DNA of 64,000 nt, taken from NCBI RefSeq assembly GCF_001194135.2, contig NC_068983.1, positions 141,216,135-141,280,134 on the forward strand, in the 5' to 3' direction. The position numbers were made by a program, and so were the translations under genes. The notes beneath the pieces are model-generated. The model was not told where the DNA came from. It ran no database searches and worked only from the letters and a program-made list of their open reading frames with translations. This DNA comes from Octopus bimaculoides. Its lineage: Eukaryota. Below are positions 37,728 through 50,390 of this stretch, piece after piece; the first letter of the stretch is position 1; each line of letters opens with the position of its first letter.

Positions 37728-38243
37728 AACTGGCCTTCCAAACGCACACACATTCACACACATGTATATACACACCCACGCGTGCATACACATACACATG
37801 CTGTGATATGTGTCTGCATGAGCGTAATAGATATATATGTGTGTGTGTATTTATATATATATTCATATGTGTGTATATATATTTGTGTGTGCTTGTGTGT
37901 GTATTAATGTGTTTGTATATACATATACTTATACATATACACACACATATAGACACACACACACATATATATATAGAAACTCACACTCATATATATATAT
38001 GCGCACGCACATGTGTGTGTATGTGTGTGGTAAACATTGAAGATTAGAGTTAGCGATGTTTTCATTTCCTAATTTACAATAGTTTTATATAATTCTATGT
38101 TGATTTATCTTGCGTTGTGAATATAAACACGTCTACAATTAATCATTTACTCTTATAATCACTGTTTAGATACTGCATCCTTATAAAGTATATACATTAA
38201 TGCGTATGTGTGTATGTATGTATATATGTGTGTATTTATGTAT

Positions 38244-38365
<122 letters not shown>

Positions 38366-38424
38366 ATGTAATTTAAATAATAAGGGTGATAAATTGGATA
38401 TTAATTTAATTAGCACCAATTTAA

Positions 38425-38967
38425 AACCAGTGGCCTAGCATAAAGAAAAGGTTTAAGGACGGCATAAGGACTACCACGATGTCACTTGGAATCGCTCCAG
38501 AAGATATAGAAACCCTTGCTTCAGATCGAGTTGGATGGCGAACAATGGTGTGGAGTAGGGTAAAAGCATTTGAAGAGGCCAAGATAACGCAAGTAAGATT
38601 CAAACGAGATCTAAGGAAGAATGTAACGATCGAGAAGGTGAATGGCAATGACCTTTTTGTGTGCACAGTCTGTGACAGACCATGCCTGTCTTTGGCTGGC
38701 TTCAAATCTCATTTGCGAACGCATGGAAAACGAACATCCACCGACTATTCTGACTATATGTGTGTGCACACATTTGAATGCAGTGTATGCCAGAAGATTT
38801 GCAAATCCAACAGAGGACTTAAAAGACATGTTAAGATCCACAAAGAGCAGAACTTATCTGCAGGTATTGGTGGTCCAAATCAGAGGCGCAATATATGTGG
38901 GTGTCTTTTCAGAACGTTGTCTGGTTTAAAAAGTCACATCAGACGCAATGATGGTGCTAAGGTGTAG
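38425..38967 (+). pseudogene. RTE ORF C-terminal fragment, 180 uninterrupted codons, 2 intact + 1 degenerate C2H2 fingers
   Basis: Extends the listed ORF 38479-38967 upstream to the stop at 38422-38424. Confidence 0.8.
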
Positions 38968-39047
38968 CTACAGGAGGTGTTCAAACTCTGTATAAGGAAT
39001 AAACAACCATGTATGTATGTAAGTATGTATGTATGTATGTATGTATG
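38425..39047 (+). mobile_element. 5'-truncated RTE LINE 3' end with C-terminal C2H2 zinc-finger array and (TATG)n tail
   Basis: Frame open from 38425 to 38967: NQWPSIKKRFKDGIRTTTMSLGIAPEDIETLASDRVGWRTMV (RTE KRFKD...LAxDRxxWR), then CTVC-X12-HLRTH, CSVC-X12-HVKIH and a degenerate third finger. Short 3' UTR and a tgtatgtatg tail at 39010-39047. Confidence 0.88.
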
Positions 39048-39657
39048 ACTGTGTTTTCTATATATTGCAAGCGAGGTAACTGCTGCCATGTCTGATGATC
39101 TTAAAGCTAGGGCGGCAGGAATTATCTCCCAATTGCAATAAATATCGGGTGTAAGAAATGCACTGAGTAGACCAACTCAAGGAGATATCTTATTGGGGTT
39201 AAATGGTAATATCGTCGTCTCTTAGATGACAACCACATTAAAGTGGCCATAATCCATAATATATGTAGATATATATATATATATAAGTCAGTAAATTGTG
39301 GGGTTGTGTTAACCGCACGTGGAGAAATAATAGGAAAATAAAAGATAATAAGGCAGAATGCTAAACTGAAAGCATATCTTAATATAGATGTGTATAAGGA
39401 GGATTAAAAAGGATTTCTAACCGGCTTTCATTGGATGGCAAATTTTCAAAAAGAGGGAGAATGAAAATGTTTTTTACCAAAAAAATTTTTTAAATAATAT
39501 ATAAAAAAATAAATATACCAAAACATTATATTGTCATATATATATATATTAATATAATATATAAATATTATATATACATATATATATACATTATGTATGT
39601 ATATAAGTGCATGTGTGGGGCGGCGTGTGTATGTGAATGTGTTTTAGGTACGTTTGA

Positions 39658-39705
<48 letters not shown>

Positions 39706-40099
39706 NNNNNNNNNNNNNNNNNNNNNNNNNNNNNNNNNNNNNNNNNNNNNNNNNNNNNNNNNNNNNNNNNNNNNNNNNNNNNNNNNNNNNNNNNNNNNNN
39801 NNNNNNNNNNNNNNNNNNNNNNNNNNNNNNNNNNNNNNNNNNNNNNNNNNNNNNNNNNNNNNNNNNNNNNNNNNNNNNNNNNNNNNNNNNNNNNNNNNNN
39901 NNNNNNNNNNNNNNNNNNNNNNNNNNNNNNNNNNNNNNNNNNNNNNNNNNNNNNNNNNNNNNNNNNNNNNNNNNNNNNNNNNNNNNNNNNNNNNNNNNNN
40001 NNNNNNNNNNNNNNNNNNNNNNNNNNNNNNNNNNNNNNNNNNNNNNNNNNNNNNNNNNNNNNNNNNNNNNNNNNNNNNNNNNNNNNNNNNNNNNNNNNN

Positions 40100-40153
<54 letters not shown>

Positions 40154-40509
40154 TCCTGTCATTTTCCTGTCAAAACTGATTCTTAGTATCGACCACTATA
40201 AATGTTGATGAATGCTCAATATACAGGTGAAATAGCAAAACATTTTCCGCATATTATTTAGGAGAGTGTTGTGAATAAAACTTTTTATGGACGCCGTGTC
40301 TCCATGGTATAAATTTCTTGATCATTAATTGCGAACATAATATTAGTCAAAATGAAACTGTTGTCACAATAGTAAGCTTTGAAATAAAAATAATATCGAA
40401 ACGTCCTATCTTCAATGTTTATTGTTTATACTCTACGGCGAATAAGTAATATGTTTCTGTTCATTACAAAAGTAGTTTTGTAAGGGAATCTTCCGCCTCC
40501 ATATTGCAG

Positions 40510-40540
40510 ATAGCCGTTGCCCATAGAAATACTTCCCGAG
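40510..40540 (+). CDS. Candidate 31-nt exon (IAVAHRNTSR), unassigned
   Basis: Acceptor cttccgcctccatattgcag and consensus donor gag|gtaagt. Ends in phase 1, compatible with 44068-44120. Confidence 0.22.
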
Positions 40541-40663
40541 GTAAGTACCTGTATATTACCCCAACTGACCTGTTATATATGCATACACACACACATACAT
40601 ATGGAAAAAGGGAGATGAAACATATATGTGTATATATATATATGTATATTTTGGCTTTTGTTG

Positions 40664-40952
40664 GCACTCCGTCGCTTACGACGTCGAGGGTTCCTGTTGA
40701 TCCGATCAACGGAACAGCCTGCTCGTGAAATTAACGTGCAAGTGGCTGAGCACTCCACNNNNNNNNNNGCTCGTGAAATTAACGTGCAAGTGGCTGAGCA
40801 CTCCACAGACGCGTGTACCCTTAACATAGTTCTCGGGGATATTCAGCGTGGCACAGTGTGACAAGGCTGACTCATTGAAATACAGGTACAACACAAACAG
40901 GAAAAAAGAGTGAGAGAAAGTTGTGATGGTGATGGAAGAGTACAGCAGGGTT
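40664..40952 (-). mobile_element. tRNA-derived SINE, family C, 3' part (head lost in gap)
   Basis: Highly similar to the 19975-20215 copy (gatcaacggaacagcctgctcgtgaaattaacgtgcaagtggctgagcactccac...gagtgagagaaagttgtg). Confidence 0.92.
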
Positions 40953-41035
40953 NNNNNNNNNNTAGAAATGCAGAGACGCCTATAATATATATATATATAT
41001 ATATATATCCATATATTATATATCTCCATATAATT

Positions 41036-41067
<32 letters not shown>

Positions 41068-41314
41068 TACATAAATACATATATATCCATATATTATATA
41101 TATACTTGCATATATATAATATATATATACATATACACACACAAACACACATAGATGCATACATATAATATATATTTACATACACACACACACATATATA
41201 CATATATATCAATATATTAGATATATACATGCATGCACATACACACGTACACACGCACACACACACACGCACTCTCACACACACACACAAACACACACAT
41301 ATTTATATTTTATC

Positions 41315-42478
41315 TTGAGCCAACAGCCGAAGGAAAAAATCTTATTCGACCTGGAAGTCAACTTTTGTCGAACAGCCTACCAACTCAAATGGCTATCGGT
41401 GACAAAGAAGAACAACACAATCGGCAAATTTCCCTTGTACCAACTAGACCACTTACTCCACCCACCCCCAACCAGCCAAGAACTCAACCACAAACTATCC
41501 AGATTGAAACTTTCTATCTCCAACATCGTAAGGAAGGAATCGAAAATAACTCCAAACTTAACCAAGGCGCAACATAAAACACTAACTAAAAAACAAAAAC
41601 CTTGTATACTTACCATCAGATAAAGGAAAGGAAATCTGCGTGATTTCTTGTGAAATATATGATAGACTGGCACAAGAACATTTAAACAATGACAGGCTAT
41701 ATTCTGAAGTGACAGATATAACTGCGACCAGGATTGAGGACCGAATTAACACCGCATGGACGGACATCTGTAGACGGAGACAAATACATAATAAATTCAA
41801 GAACAACTTCATCACAAAGAACAGTAGATTACCTAGATTTTATCACCTCATTAAAACACACAAGAATAGCAACACGATCCAGATTAGACCCATCGTCTCC
41901 AACGTGGAAGGACCTCTATATAAAATATCCTGGTTACTTTCTCACATCCTGAAATCCATACGCTCCACCTTTCCTGGACACGTCAATAACTCCGACGAAG
42001 TCATCAAAAGACTGCACCAATTGCCCCTAGACCAACCCAGGCGAAGCAGATATGCCTTTAGTCTTGACGTTGTCTCAATGTACACAACGGTGCCAGCACA
42101 CTCGGCAGTCAACCTATTGATTGACTGCATAATAGTGTCCGACATCCAATGTTTCGGACTTCCCGTAGCTGATATACATCAACTTTTGTCCATCATCGTG
42201 GACAACACCTACTTCTCTTTCCAGGACCACATATACAAACGAAAAACAGGTCTCCCCATGGGATCCAGTTTCTTGAGCCTACTATCCATCACTTATATGA
42301 ACCATCTGGAACGTCGAGCACTCAACATCTGCCGCTCATGCGCCTTCTTTACCAGGTACGTAGATGACATTCTCATACTCACATCCTCCCGTGAAGGGGC
42401 TGAGAGAATACTCACGACGTTCAATAACATGGACATGAACATAAAGTTCACAATAGAACATCCCGACATCACTGGATC
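41315..42478 (+). pseudogene. Penelope-like element reverse transcriptase (one frameshift near 41585, 3'-truncated)
   Basis: PSDKG, PRFYHLIKTHK, IRPIVS, FSLDVVSMYTTVP (motif A), YKRKTGLPMGS (motif B), RYVDD (motif C) and IKFTIEHP. These are diagnostic PLE RT motifs. Confidence 0.93.
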
Positions 42479-42479
42479 G

Positions 42480-42660
42480 GATGTTGCTTTTACATGTTAC
42501 CGGCACAGGAGCCAGTCGGCACAGTAGCATCAACCACGTTCGAATGGTGCTTTTAAAATGGGCTGGTTATGCGACACTGGTATAGGCTACGGCTGTGATC
42601 TCACTTTACTTGCCGGATCTTCTCAATCACAACATATCTCCAAAGGTATTGGTCACTTGT
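42480..42660. mobile_element. Unclassified interspersed-repeat fragment truncating the PLE
   Basis: Abrupt loss of PLE similarity after EHPDITG. The sequence ggcacaggagccagtc...gcgacactggtataggctacggctgtgatctcac looks familiar from octopus repeats (recollection only, single copy here). Confidence 0.35.
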
Positions 42661-44067
42661 ATATATGTGTGTGTGTGTGTGTCTATGCATGTATATATCT
42701 AATATATGGATATATATATGTACGTATACATATGTACGTGTATGTATATATATCATATATATATATATATAAATATATATATNNNNNNNNNNNNNNNNNN
42801 NNNNNNNNNNNNNNNNNNNNNNNNNNNNNNNNNNNNNNNNNNNNNNNNNNNNNNNNNNNNNNNNNNNNNNNNNNNNNNNNNNNNNNNNNNNNNNNNNNNN
42901 NNNNNNNNNNNNNNNNNNNNNNNNNNNNNNNNNNNNNNNNNNNNNNNNNNNNNNNNNNNNNNNNNNNNNNNNNNNNNNNNNNNNNNNNNNNNNNNNNNNN
43001 NNNNNNNNNNNNNNNNNNNNNNNNNNNNNNNNNNNNNNNNNNNNNNNNNNNNNNNNNNNNNNNNNNNNNNNNNNNNNNNNNNNNNNNNNNNNNNNNNNNN
43101 NNNNNNNNNNNNNNNNNNNNNNNNNNNNNNNNNNNNNNNNNNNNNNNNNNNNNNNNNNNNNNNNNNNNNNNNNNNNNNNNNNNNNNNNNNNNNNNNNNNN
43201 NNNNNNNNNNNNNNNNNNNNNNNNNNNNNNNNNNNNNNNNNNNNNNNNNNNNNNNNNNNNNNNNNNNNNNNNNNNNNNNNNNNNNNNNNNNNNNNNNNNN
43301 NNNNNNNNNNNNNNNNNNNNNNNNNNNNNNNNNNNNNNNNNNNNNNNNNNNNNNNNNNNNNNNNNNNNNNNNNNNNNNNNNNNNNNNNNNNNNNNNNNNN
43401 NNNNNNNNNNNNNNNNNNNNNNNNNNNNNNNNNNNNNNNNNNNNNNNNNNNNNNNNNNNNNNNNNNNNNNNNNNNNNNNNNNNNNNNNNNNNNNNNNNNN
43501 NNNNNNNNNNNNNNNNNNNNNNNNNNNNNNNNNNNNNNNNNNNNNNNNNNNNNNNNNNNNNNNNNNNNNNNNNNNNNNNNNNNNNNNNNNNNNNNNNNNN
43601 NNNNNNNNNNNNNNNNNNNNNNNNNNNNNNNNNNNNNNNNNNNNNNNNNNNNNNNNNNNNNNNNNNNNNNNNNNNNNNNNNNNNNNNNNNNNNNNNNNNN
43701 NNNNNNNNNNNNNNNNNNNNNNNNNNNNNNNNNNNNNNNNNNNNNNNNNNNNNNNNNNNNNNNNNNATATATATATATATATATATATAATCCATATGTA
43801 TGCAGCAAACACTTAACAGTTGTGTATTTACATACACACATACATACACGCATACCACATACACCACGACACACGTACATATATATGTGTATGTATGTAC
43901 GTATGTATGTAACACACACTGCGGTTTTTAGAATACATTATTCGCCAGCTATTGATATACAGATAAAAGAGGGAGAAAGTTTTCTGAGAGCCTATTTCAA
44001 ATGTTGTTGACCACTCCATAGGTTACAAGAGCACCAAATACTCACTTTCAGACTTTCCCTTTTGCAG

Positions 44068-44120
44068 TGGTTTCAATGCCATGGACAGGATGCAACTTTC
44101 TTGCGCAAGAAATCAAGTTG
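44068..44120 (+). CDS. Candidate 53-nt exon (xVSMPWTGCNFLAQEIKL), unassigned
   Basis: Acceptor ctttcccttttgcag and donor ttg|gtaatg. All three frames are open, so the peptide is not determined. Confidence 0.22.
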
Positions 44121-46403
44121 GTAATGCCATATTTAGATATATCAGAGGTAGTCATATCCAGGCACACCAGTCCGAATATACAGACTCTCAAAATCTAGTG
44201 TTTTTAAAGAAAACAAGAAATTAGGAGTGCAACTGAAGATTCATATGTCCCATTATCTGCACCAATCTACCATCTAAAATATAAAATGAATTCCTTCCTA
44301 TCTGCTCAAATTTCGTTTGTTTTTCTAAAGTTTGTATCCTTGTATTTCGATATCTTTGGTTTTTCATCGTTATATTAATAGCTGAATAAATATTTAATTC
44401 CATCTGAAGAACAAAAAGAAAATGCAGACAATTCAAAAATGAGGAAAACAAAAGGGTAAAGAAAATGATGTCATATGAATAAGGCAAAAATATTTATTAA
44501 CGATAGGGAAACGTTAAACTAAATCAGAAATTGAGATATGAAGTAGTTTATTGCGATTTCTGAAAACAGTCTTTGACAATTGATTAAAAAAAGATCTCAT
44601 TACATGGTAGTATTCTGTTCTACAGTAAATATTAGATTTATTGTTAAGAAGCAAAATCTCAATGATTTGAATGAATTATCCTGTTGGAAAACGTAACTAC
44701 AATATCATGTTGGTACAGCTATCACCTGTGAACTAATTCTTACCTAACTGGGTTTCCATATATTTTTTCTCTATTTTAAATGTTGCTGCTATGAATGACA
44801 TGTAATATATGAATAGATAAACGAGTGACAGAGGTGAATATCTATCAAACTTATTCCTGTACATATCACACATTTATCTCAATCATTTCAACTCTGCGGA
44901 TTTCATATGAATATTACTTGAGATATACAGATGTGGTGAGTAGAAGATTATTTCAGCTATCATTTTTTCTATCATGTACAAATTGTTATTTTTATGATAC
45001 AATTTATTAGTTCTTAATCAAGCTTGATACAACAAAACCTTCATTAGAGACGTTCTAGCTAGGACCGTCTAGCTTATAACTCTTTTGGAAATTCATTACC
45101 TAATGATTCTACTCTTAAAAAAAACGTAAAGTTATATTTGACGGAAATTTTACAAATAACTTTTAAAAGGTTATATCACGACAACGAGTCTCCCCCATTA
45201 GATCTAGAATGGATAATTTCCCTATTGGATCTAGTAAAATAATTTTCACTGGTATTGAGGTAACTATGATTTTACTAGGATTAATTTCCTCTATTTATTA
45301 GCTTAATTTTCTGCTGATTATTGCTTGTTTAGTAATTTTGTTGTCGCAAAATATAGAAAATCGAAGATAATACTTGAAATAGTGATCATCGCATTCACTT
45401 GACGTTTCTATTTAGTTAGATTGAGTTCAATAGTGTATAAGAATTTTCATTTTCGTTGTAGAACCAGTGAAAATTGCATGTATATATAAAAGAAAATAGT
45501 AGCGATCTGCTTTGGGTAAGATTTTTGCGTGAGGCTTGTAAATTTGTATAAAATTATATACCTTTGAGGCGAAGAGAATGCGAGAAATAAATTTGCTCGA
45601 AAACGTCAAGATCCTCATCACTTTTTGGCTTACAAACATCCGAATTAGTAACATCGCTAAATAACTGACATGGCCAAACCTTTGCATTTGAAATGGTTAA
45701 AGATTAAGAAAAGTAAAAAAATATTATAACAAAGCTCTATCTCAGCGTACACATGGTGATAGACTTAGGTCTGTGAGTTTAATGTGTGAATGGCATTCTT
45801 ATTGTACTGGCTTTCTTCGTTACGTTGCACGGGCTCATTTCATTCATTTGTCAACTGCATTTCTTTTTTGCTGTCTTACCCTTTCCTGTTATCTACATAT
45901 TCATTGTTTTTTGTGTTTATGCTATATACTATATTGTGATTTTCAAATACAAGCTGGAACATTCTTAGAGCCCACCTCTTTAAATGATCTCTTACAATTT
46001 AAAATTTTAAAATTTATATCAGATAGTTGAATAAATAAAAAACATTATTTATTGAATTTTCATAATCTTTAAATTTGTATATGAAGGTGAAATTAATGAG
46101 AAGAAAACAATCGGAAACTCGACACATCGAAATTCTATAAAAAAAATATCAAGATCACACATGACGAATAATATATTTGCTCAAGCTATTACAAACCATA
46201 AAGCAAAGTAACTGACAAACCAAACCTATGTTTCTCGTCTATATTAAAACTACCACCAAAACACTTCTTTCAGTGTTTAAGACTAAGGCGTCTGAACATT
46301 AATATATCTTCCTATTTTATCATTTGATTCATTCGAACAATATACAAAGTGTTAATATCTGAAACCTGCAACTCTCTTTTTCCCTTCTCGAGCAACTGCA
46401 TGC

Positions 46404-46473
<70 letters not shown>

Positions 46474-47352
46474 NNNNNNNNNNNNNNNNNNNNNNNNNNN
46501 NNNNNNNNNNNNNNNNNNNNNNNNNNNNNNNNNNNNNNNNNNNNNNNNNNNNNNNNNNNNNNNNNNNNNNNNNNNNNNNNNNNNNNNNNNNNNNNNNNNN
46601 NNNNNNNNNNNNNNNNNNNNNNNNNNNNNNNNNNNNNNNNNNNNNNNNNNNNNNNNNNNNNNNNNNNNNNNNNNNNNNNNNNNNNNNNNNNNNNNNNNNN
46701 NNNNNNNNNNNNNNNNNNNNNNNNNNNNNNNNNNNNNNNNNNNNNNNNNNNNNNNNNNNNNNNNNNNNNNNNNNNNNNNNNNNNNNNNNNNNNNNNNNNN
46801 NNNNNNNNNNNNNNNNNNNNNNNNNNNNNNNNNNNNNNNNNNNNNNNNNNNNNNNNNNNNNNNNNNNNNNNNNNNNNNNNNNNNNNNNNNNNNNNNNNNN
46901 NNNNNNNNNNNNNNNNNNNNNNNNNNNNNNNNNNNNNNNNNNNNNNNNNNNNNNNNNNNNNNNNNNNNNNNNNNNNNNNNNNNNNNNNNNNNNNNNNNNN
47001 NNNNNNNNNNNNNNNNNNNNNNNNNNNNNNNNNNNNNNNNNNNNNNNNNNNNNNNNNNNNNNNNNNNNNNNNNNNNNNNNNNNNNNNNNNNNNNNNNNNN
47101 NNNNNNNNNNNNNNNNNNNNNNNNNNNNNNNNNNNNNNNNNNNNNNNNNNNNNNNNNNNNNNNNNNNNNNNNNNNNNNNNNNNNNNNNNNNNNNNNNNNN
47201 NNNNNNNNNNNNNNNNNNNNNNNNNNNNNNNNNNNNNNNNNNNNNNNNNNNNNNNNNNNNNNNNNNNNNNNNNNNNNNNNNNNNNNNNNNNNNNNNNNNN
47301 NNNNNNNNNNNNNNNNNNNNNNNNNNNNNNNNNNNNNNNNNNNNNNNNNNNN

Positions 47353-47430
47353 GACGGTGTGGCCATATTGTTCGAATGGCGGATGAACGCACACCCAAGC
47401 AATTGTTTTATGATGAGCTTACAGAGGAGA
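47353..47430 (+). mobile_element. RTE LINE fragment emerging from gap
   Basis: CGHIVRMADERTPKQLFYDELTE matches the RTE WxGHVxRMxDxRxPKQLFYGEL motif. Confidence 0.75.
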
Positions 47431-47689
47431 ATTACGAATATGGATTTTTTAAATTCCACCCACCACCCTAATTCAAAAAGTTTTTATTTTGTTTATTTTA
47501 AAGAGACCGTAGCGAATTGACAAACATATGCCAATCGAAATTAAATCTAAACAAAAACATTAAAGTGAAAAGAATTTTCGTTTTACTTGTGTAAATAAGA
47601 ATTCAATGTAAATTAAATATACACCATTCTATGAGAAACAAACATTAATGTTTAATAATTAATGTTATAAAGTTTAATAGGGGCTCAAA

Positions 47690-48120
47690 TTTCACCCCTC
47701 CCACAATTTAAAATTTTGAAATTTTTCATCCATTTATTTATTTACCTGTCTATCTATTTATCCCTGTCCGTTTATTCATCAAATATATTTGCCAACTAAA
47801 TGTGGCGGTCCTATAGAAGACGGTGTTACTATTGTTTTTTGCCCCAGAAAGACATTCATATCTATCTATCTCTTTATACACCTATCTCTATGCTTATTGA
47901 ATTTAAAATTTTGAGAACGTGGTTTCTTGCATATTCGGAATTTCCGTCATCTAAGACATAAGGGGGAAAAATTTCGAAAAAGTTCAAAATTTTAAATGGG
48001 CGGGGGTTAATTTTTTTTGCATATTCGTAATCTCCGACATCTAAAACGTAGGAATCCGAAATTTTTTTTTTTTCTAATTGCATTTTTCAAGGAGAGGTGC
48101 GAAACTGCATCAGCCCCCGT
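47690..48120. mobile_element. Putative non-autonomous element with internal direct and inverted repeats (HINE/Helentron-like architecture)
   Basis: Direct repeat of about 36 bp ttgcatattcg(g/t)aat(t/c)tccg(t/a)catctaa at 47927 and 48017. The motif atttaaaattttga occurs at about 47707 and 47901 (+) and about 47983 (-). The class is an inference. Confidence 0.35.
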
Positions 48121-48329
48121 TTCTCTTATGACCATCGACAAGCTATTGCTATTAAAGGGACGTCATTATTACATAAAATTGATACACGTATACTCATATA
48201 CGACTAAATGAATGCGTACATAGAGAAGATATACCAGTATGTAGGCAACAGAAATGGCGTCGGGTCTAGGTATTTACATACCTACACATATGTAGTGATC
48301 ATAAAAATGATGGGTGCGAGCGTATCATC

Positions 48330-48860
48330 CGTTCGTCAACTCATAGATACAGGAAACTATTAAATAGGCGTTCTGTGAAATTATCATATAGCTGCTGCCC
48401 CAGTATGAAGAGTATCATTACACGTGGTCAATACCAAGAACCTGAATCCACTTGCAGCTGTCGCGACCCTGGATCCTATCCGCTTGACCAACGATGTATG
48501 ACTAAATCTATCAAATATTAGGCAGAAGTTACTGCAACCCTAAATAATAATACAACTGATAAGAAGACCTGTACTGAATTATGTGAAGGTGAATTTAAAA
48601 AGTTCTATGCCAATCACATAGCCTCGTTCCAACATTGGGACAAAAGTAAAGCTACTAAGCTGGCTAGCTACGTATAGACTTTGAAAGATAAGGAAACACC
48701 GCATGTGATAAAATAGAAAATAATTTAGAAATCCATACCTTATGTGAATGGATCGAATAAATGTAGACTTTGTTTGACTGAAATAGCGCAGATCCTGTTC
48801 AGATCTAAAATCCTTAACTCTCTGTTGAACTCCAGATCAGAAATTTTCAGTGGTTGCGTG
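48330..48860 (+). pseudogene. Penelope-like (Neptune-type) linker + GIY-YIG endonuclease remnant
   Basis: LLNRRSVKLSYSCCPSMKSII...TCSCRDPGSYPLDQRC, then Y*AEVT...CTELCEGEFKKFYANHIASF...KCRLCLTE...LLNSRSEIFSGC. In-frame stops present. Confidence 0.85.
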
Positions 48861-49191
48861 TGTAGTAGTTTGACATGGATGATGGTGGAATATTAGAGAA
48901 TCAAGACAGGTGTACATGTATTGTTTATGAATGTCTTTTCGCGGAGAGCAAGCAAATAAATCAGGTAATACAAATATTTAGCGACGATGATTTATTGTAA
49001 AATGCTACGGCATTCTGGTATGTACAGCTTGCAAAAACAGTGTGTGACACCACGTGTAGGACAAAGAAAGAGAACTAGCAGTCCTAGCTGTGGCCAGTCT
49101 CCTTATCAGCCGGGTTCCTTATATGCCTTTCACGACTTCCCTTATCTCTAAGGGCTTTTGTGTTTTGCGCATGCGTTGTGGCTACCTGCAT

Positions 49192-49615
49192 ATCTCTTTT
49201 ACTCTTTTACTCTTTTACTCTTTTACTCGTTTCAGTCATTTGACTGCGGCCATGCTGGAGCACCGCCTTAAGTCGAGAAAATCGACACCAGGACTTATTC
49301 TTTGTAAGCCTAGTACTTATTCTATCGGTCTCTTTTGCCGAACCGCTAGGTTACGGGGACGTAAACACACCAGCATCGGTTGTCAAGCGATGTTGGGGGG
49401 ACAAACACAGACACAGAAACACACACATATATTTACATATACATATATACGATGGGCTTCTTTCAGTTTCTGTCTACCAGATCCACTCACAAGGCTTTGG
49501 TCGGCCCGAGACTATAGTAGAAGACACTTGCCCAAGGTGGCACGCAGTGGGACTGAACCCGGAACCATGTGGTTGGTAAGCAAGCTACTTACCACACAGC
49601 CACTCCTGCGCCTAT
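49192..49615 (-). mobile_element. Full-length tRNA-derived SINE, family A (CORE-like; resembles octopus OR-type SINEs)
   Basis: Minus head ataggcgcaggagtggctgtgtggtaagtagcttg (A box) ...ggttccgggttcagtccc (B box), CORE-like ccttgggcaagtgtcttc, internal microsatellite and (gagtaaaa)n tail. Confidence 0.93.
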
Positions 49616-49985
49616 ATAAATATATTTTAAAGAACTGGAAAATTCCACCTGTTCCTGACTGACTTGATATTTTTCCAACCTTATTATTTAAGGTCTAAGG
49701 AGGATAGTGCCTTTACCTTTTTACTTTTTATTTTTTACATTTTAGTTACTGTTTTTTTTTTGTTTTCCGTTTCCCGTTTTTCATTTCCCGTTGTTTACCG
49801 TCTGCGTTTTCTATATGCTGCCTTCTTAGTTTTCTCGCGTTTCTTCTATTATTCAATTTCTTTAGTTCGTTATATGTGGTTTGCGCCTAAAGAATATGTT
49901 TGAGTTTTCTCAACATAAGAAACTATTAGTAGCGCTTTAATACATGTATTGTGACCTTTAAATAAATAATATATATAGGTGTATG

Positions 49986-50031
<46 letters not shown>

Positions 50032-50119
50032 CACATGCCAATTCATATTACTAAAGAACATTGGCTCACCATCAATCAGGTATCTGCCCATTGATGCCAC
50101 AATATCTTTCTGACATGTG

Positions 50120-50164
<45 letters not shown>

Positions 50165-50390
50165 TGTACCTAGTCTACGTATATCATTTCCAAATAAAAT
50201 CATGTTCCCTCTTAAGATCCAGCATTCACACACCATTAATTGGTATTTGCTACCTCTTTGGGGGTTAAGGAAATCAGCTGATTCATTGTACATTGTGGTT
50301 TGCGTGCATAATCAATCCAATAATTGTTCGATGAATCAACCATTTTTGAAATGCTCAGAGCCTTTAAAGTATTTGTTGAATTTTGGGGAA

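Noticed and set aside
40719-40806. Tandem duplication of gctcgtgaaattaacgtgcaagtggctgagcactccac inside the family C SINE
   Set aside because: The two identical copies sit on either side of a 10-N gap and the 19973 copy has one unit. This is an unmerged contig overlap.
41315-48860. Idea that the PLE RT (41315) and the GIY-YIG (48330) are two halves of one split element
   Set aside because: Motif types point to different PLE clades, and unrelated sequence, including an RTE piece, lies between them.
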